From the NCBI GenBank assembly GCA_040954595.2, contig CM082577.2, positions 18,326,303 to 18,390,302 on the forward strand: a DNA stretch of 64,000 nt, written 5' to 3'. This stretch comes from Balanoglossus misakiensis (taxonomy: Eukaryota; Animalia; Hemichordata). Shown one piece after another: positions 60,452 through 64,000 of the stretch. The position numbers and the translations under genes are program-made. Numbering within the stretch: position 1 is the first letter of the stretch; each line of letters starts with the position of its first letter. Below the pieces are notes generated by a model that saw only the letters and a program-made list of their open reading frames with translations, was not told where the DNA came from and made no database searches.

Positions 60452-63400
60452 TGTTGAGAAGACGGCCATGGATGGTCTGTGTACTGATGATCTGGTGAGT
60501 GGCAATGTTCGGGGGACCCCGGAACTGCCTGTCCGGGGCCTTAGAGCCTGGGGATTGCCACATGACCAGAATCAGTATCATAGTCAACAAACTGTTACCG
60601 AACAACAAATGAACAACGATGAACTCTCACCCCAAATATTAACCACAATGACTTCACGCACATGCGGCGACCAATATAGGACTACGGGTATGATAAATGG
60701 AGTTGAGACGCCCATATTCGTAGATAGTGGTTCACAAATTACCATAGTCAGAAGTGATCTACCAGCCATAAACGGGTTGCCACTGTATCCTGTGAATATT
60801 CAGCCAGAAGCAGTTAATGGTACACCCGTATGCTTTGATGGCCAGGTACAAGTCGATCTTACTGTTCAAAATTTTGTCATTGGTCCAACATGGGTGTATG
60901 TAATGTCTCCAAAGCTCATGCGTAATGAATTCTTGATGGGAACGGATGTTATGGAAAAACTGGGAAGCATGGAAGTTGATTTTGTAAAGAAAACTGTGAC
61001 TTTCAAAGGACTGACACAACCTAATACTTACCTCAACAAACCTGTAAATAACAAGATGAACTTGAAACCACAGTGTTGCCGTGTGACATTACTACAACGA
61101 GCTGTTATACCACCTAGACATGAACAAATGTGTCATGTACTTGTCGCAGCTATACCGGGACAACAAGGACTCATTGAAGGTAGTGATCAGCTACTTGAGA
61201 AAAAACACGTCGCTTGTGCTGCCTCACTTAACACTTTGGATAAGGACAGAACAACCTGGGTTAGATTATGCAACCCAAATCCTATATCTGTTAAATTGTA
61301 CAGGGGATCCAGTATTGCCGAGTTCACGCCTGATGTTGGCCAACCCACAGTAATTGAACAAGTATGTGTTGAGAGCGACACACCTAAGCCAGAAAGTAAA
61401 CAGGACCATGAAACTATTGATTCTTTGATAGAAAGAACAGATGTGAACCAGTCACAAAAAAATGAAGTTCATAAACTTGTTGAGAGTTTTGAGGATGTGT
61501 TTTCATGGAAAGGTGAATTTGGAAGAACTCATATTATAGAACACAAGATACATACTGGTATTGCACCACCACTTAGATCAGGTGCTAGGAGAACGGGTTA
61601 CCACGAGAGGGAGAAAGTCGACAAAATGGTGACTGAGCTATTGGAAAAGGATGTTATTGAGGAGAGTTCCAGTCCTTGGGCTAGCCCAATTGTCCTTGTA
61701 CCCAAGAAAGATGGGTCCTTACGATTTTGCATTGACTTTCGTCGATTGAATTCGGTAACTAAGGATGATGCATTTCCCTTACCGCGTATTGACGATGCCA
61801 TAGACTGTCTTGGAGGGAGTAAATGGTTTCCCACGTTAGATATGGCTAGTGGCTACTGGCAAGTAGGTATGGATAAAGAATCTAGGGAGAAGACAGCATT
61901 TATATGTCACAAAGGACTATATCAGTTTAAAGTCATGCCATTTGGACTTAAGAAGCACCAGCTACATTTCAAAGACTCATGTCGTCCATTTTCAGTCCAG
62001 AGATGTGGCATGTTCTACTTATATATCTGGATGACATCTTGATTTTTTCATCAACATTCGAGCAGCACTTGCAACGAATAGAGCTGGTATTCAGAAAATT
62101 GCGTGAGGCAGGACTTAAGCTACAGCCACGAAAGTGTCATTTCTTTCAAACTGAGATTGAGTATCTTGGCCAGCTTGTAACTCGTCATGGGGTGTCACCC
62201 AGTCAAAGAATAGTCAGTGCTGTTGCAGAGTTTCCCACACCTACTTCAGTAACAGAGCTTCGCAGATTCATAGGACTTGCCTCGTATTATAGGAGGTTCA
62301 TAGCAGGATTTTCAACTATTGCAGCCCCGTTACACAAGTTGACTTCAAAGGGTGAGGTATTCATTTGGACAACAGATTACCAACAAGCATTCAGTGAACT
62401 GAAAACTAAGCTGTCAAGTGCTCCAGTTTTAGCATACCCTAACTTTGATGTACCATTTTCGCTGGTAACTGATGCCAGTGGGGTTGGAGTTGGTGCTGTT
62501 CTTGAGCAAACAGTGAGTGGTGTAACCCGACCAATAGCCTATGCTAGCTCAATTCTCACGAAAGCGCAACGCAATTATTCAGCGACAGAGCGTGAGTGTT
62601 ATGCGGTGGTCTGGGCGATTGACAAGTTTCGGAGTTACCTCTACGGAACTAGATTCAACATAATTACGGACCACAGATCATTAACTTTCCTCAAGTCAGT
62701 GAAGGAGCCAAGGGGCAGATTGGCACGGTGGCAGTCTGAACTGCAAGTCTATGACTATGAGATATTACACAGACCAGGCAAAGCCATACCACATGCTGAT
62801 GCACTTTCACGTGCCCCATTGATCGCAGTTACTACTGTTCAAGGGAAGTGGTCTTTTGACGAGTTGAAAGCGCTGCAAGAAACAGACCCAGTTATAAACA
62901 GAGTGCGTGACTTGGTTCGATTGAAACAACTCTGTACACCTGGTGATGGAAAACGAGTAAAGGAGTTAATGCTGCGTGCAAGAGGTCTTCATATTGACAT
63001 TGGTACAGGGCTTCTGTGCTGTCGATACTATGTTGGGAGGAGAGAATGTATACAGGTAATTTTCCCAGACTCTCATGCTTCTGAGGTTCTGCCAGTGGTA
63101 CATGATCAGGAGGGTCACTTGGGAATCAAACGCACATTAGCCAAACTAAAGAAGTCGTTCTATTGGCCGGAGATGAGACTTAGAGTACAGGAGTGGTGTC
63201 GCAGCTGCATACAGTGTAATCAGAACAAGTTGCAACTGAGAGGAAAAGCCCCATTGCAACGTATGCCTGAACCAACTCGACCATTTCAATGGGTCAGCAC
63301 TGATGTATTTGGACCCATCCCAGCCACCAAGAAAGGAAATCGCTACATTGTAACCATAAATGATGGCTTTAGTAAATTTGTTGTAGCTAAAGCAATACCC

Positions 63401-64000
63401 AATCAAGAAAGTTCTACCATAGCAGAAATATTCATCAATGATTGGTGTTTGTTGTTTGGTCCACCAGAGACATTACACAGTGATCAGGGACGAAATTTCG
63501 AAATTAATCTCCTGTCTGAGGTGTGCAGAATGTTCAACACATCAAAAACAAGAACATCAAGTTACCACCCATCTGGAAATGGACAAACAGAACATTTCAA
63601 CCTTACTTTGGCTGACATGTTAAAGAACTATGTTAACGAGTGTCAAGACAATTGGGATGACCATCTACCAAAAGTCATCCACACCTATAACACGAGTGAA
63701 CATGATGCTACCGGGCATACACCGTATTTCTTACTGTACGGTCAGGAGGTTAGAACTGCATTGCAGCCAGTACCCACAGACACAGTCAATTCAAGAGGTT
63801 TGTGTACAGCCCGGGACAGGGTCAAAGATCATTTTGACAAACTCACCAAGGCCAGAAAACTGGTGTATGATAGACTGGCTAAATTGAGAGACAGACGTTG
63901 TGAGAAGTCAAAGATAAACAGCCGATTCTGTAAATACAATGTTGGTGACAAAGTTATGGTTGCTAACAATGCCAGAAGGAAGGGACGTTCACCTAAACTC
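60414..64000 (+). pseudogene. Gypsy pol (PR-RT-RH-IN) with a 1-nt deletion near 61952; runs off the window
   Basis: FVDSGSQITI, LDMASGYWQ, MPFGLK then shifted APATFQRLM, YLDD, VTDASGVG, HDQEGHLG..CIQC, TDVFGP, HSDQG. Confidence 0.92.

Larger units (their letters stand above)
59358..64000 (+). mobile_element. Second Ty3/Gypsy LTR retrotransposon, nested antisense in the gag of the first
   Basis: LTR-PBS-gag-pol abutting the truncated minus-strand gag. Confidence 0.9.

Overview
Eukaryotic, animal-like DNA (spliceosomal introns; a marine invertebrate is my inference) made almost entirely of nested transposable elements, with no clear host gene. 1-22031 is a stack of Helentron-associated non-autonomous elements (HINE-like; three terminal types sharing a ~238-bp internal satellite), nested in each other. 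From 22032 there is an IS3EU-type DNA transposon with an intron-containing DDE transposase and a convergent G2E3-like HECT ligase gene, both damaged and carrying Crypton-like and Kolobok-like MITEs. 35000-40125 is a Ngaro-type tyrosine-recombinase retrotransposon. 40-47 kb holds relics: a TatD-like fragment, a P2X7-ballast-like (KolobokP-type) gene and tandem repeats. 47793-50501 is an apparently intact piggyBac, probably inside the 3' LTR of a minus-strand Gypsy element. A second Gypsy starts near 59358, inside the gag of the first. The top finding is in the minus-strand Gypsy. It has a PHD finger on its integrase and, in the env position behind a strong splice acceptor, a ~739-aa accessory ORF ending in a TatD-fold domain whose metal ligands are all substituted. 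A diverged relative with an intact HxH motif lies at 41.6-42.3 kb. All calls are by eye and none was database-verified.
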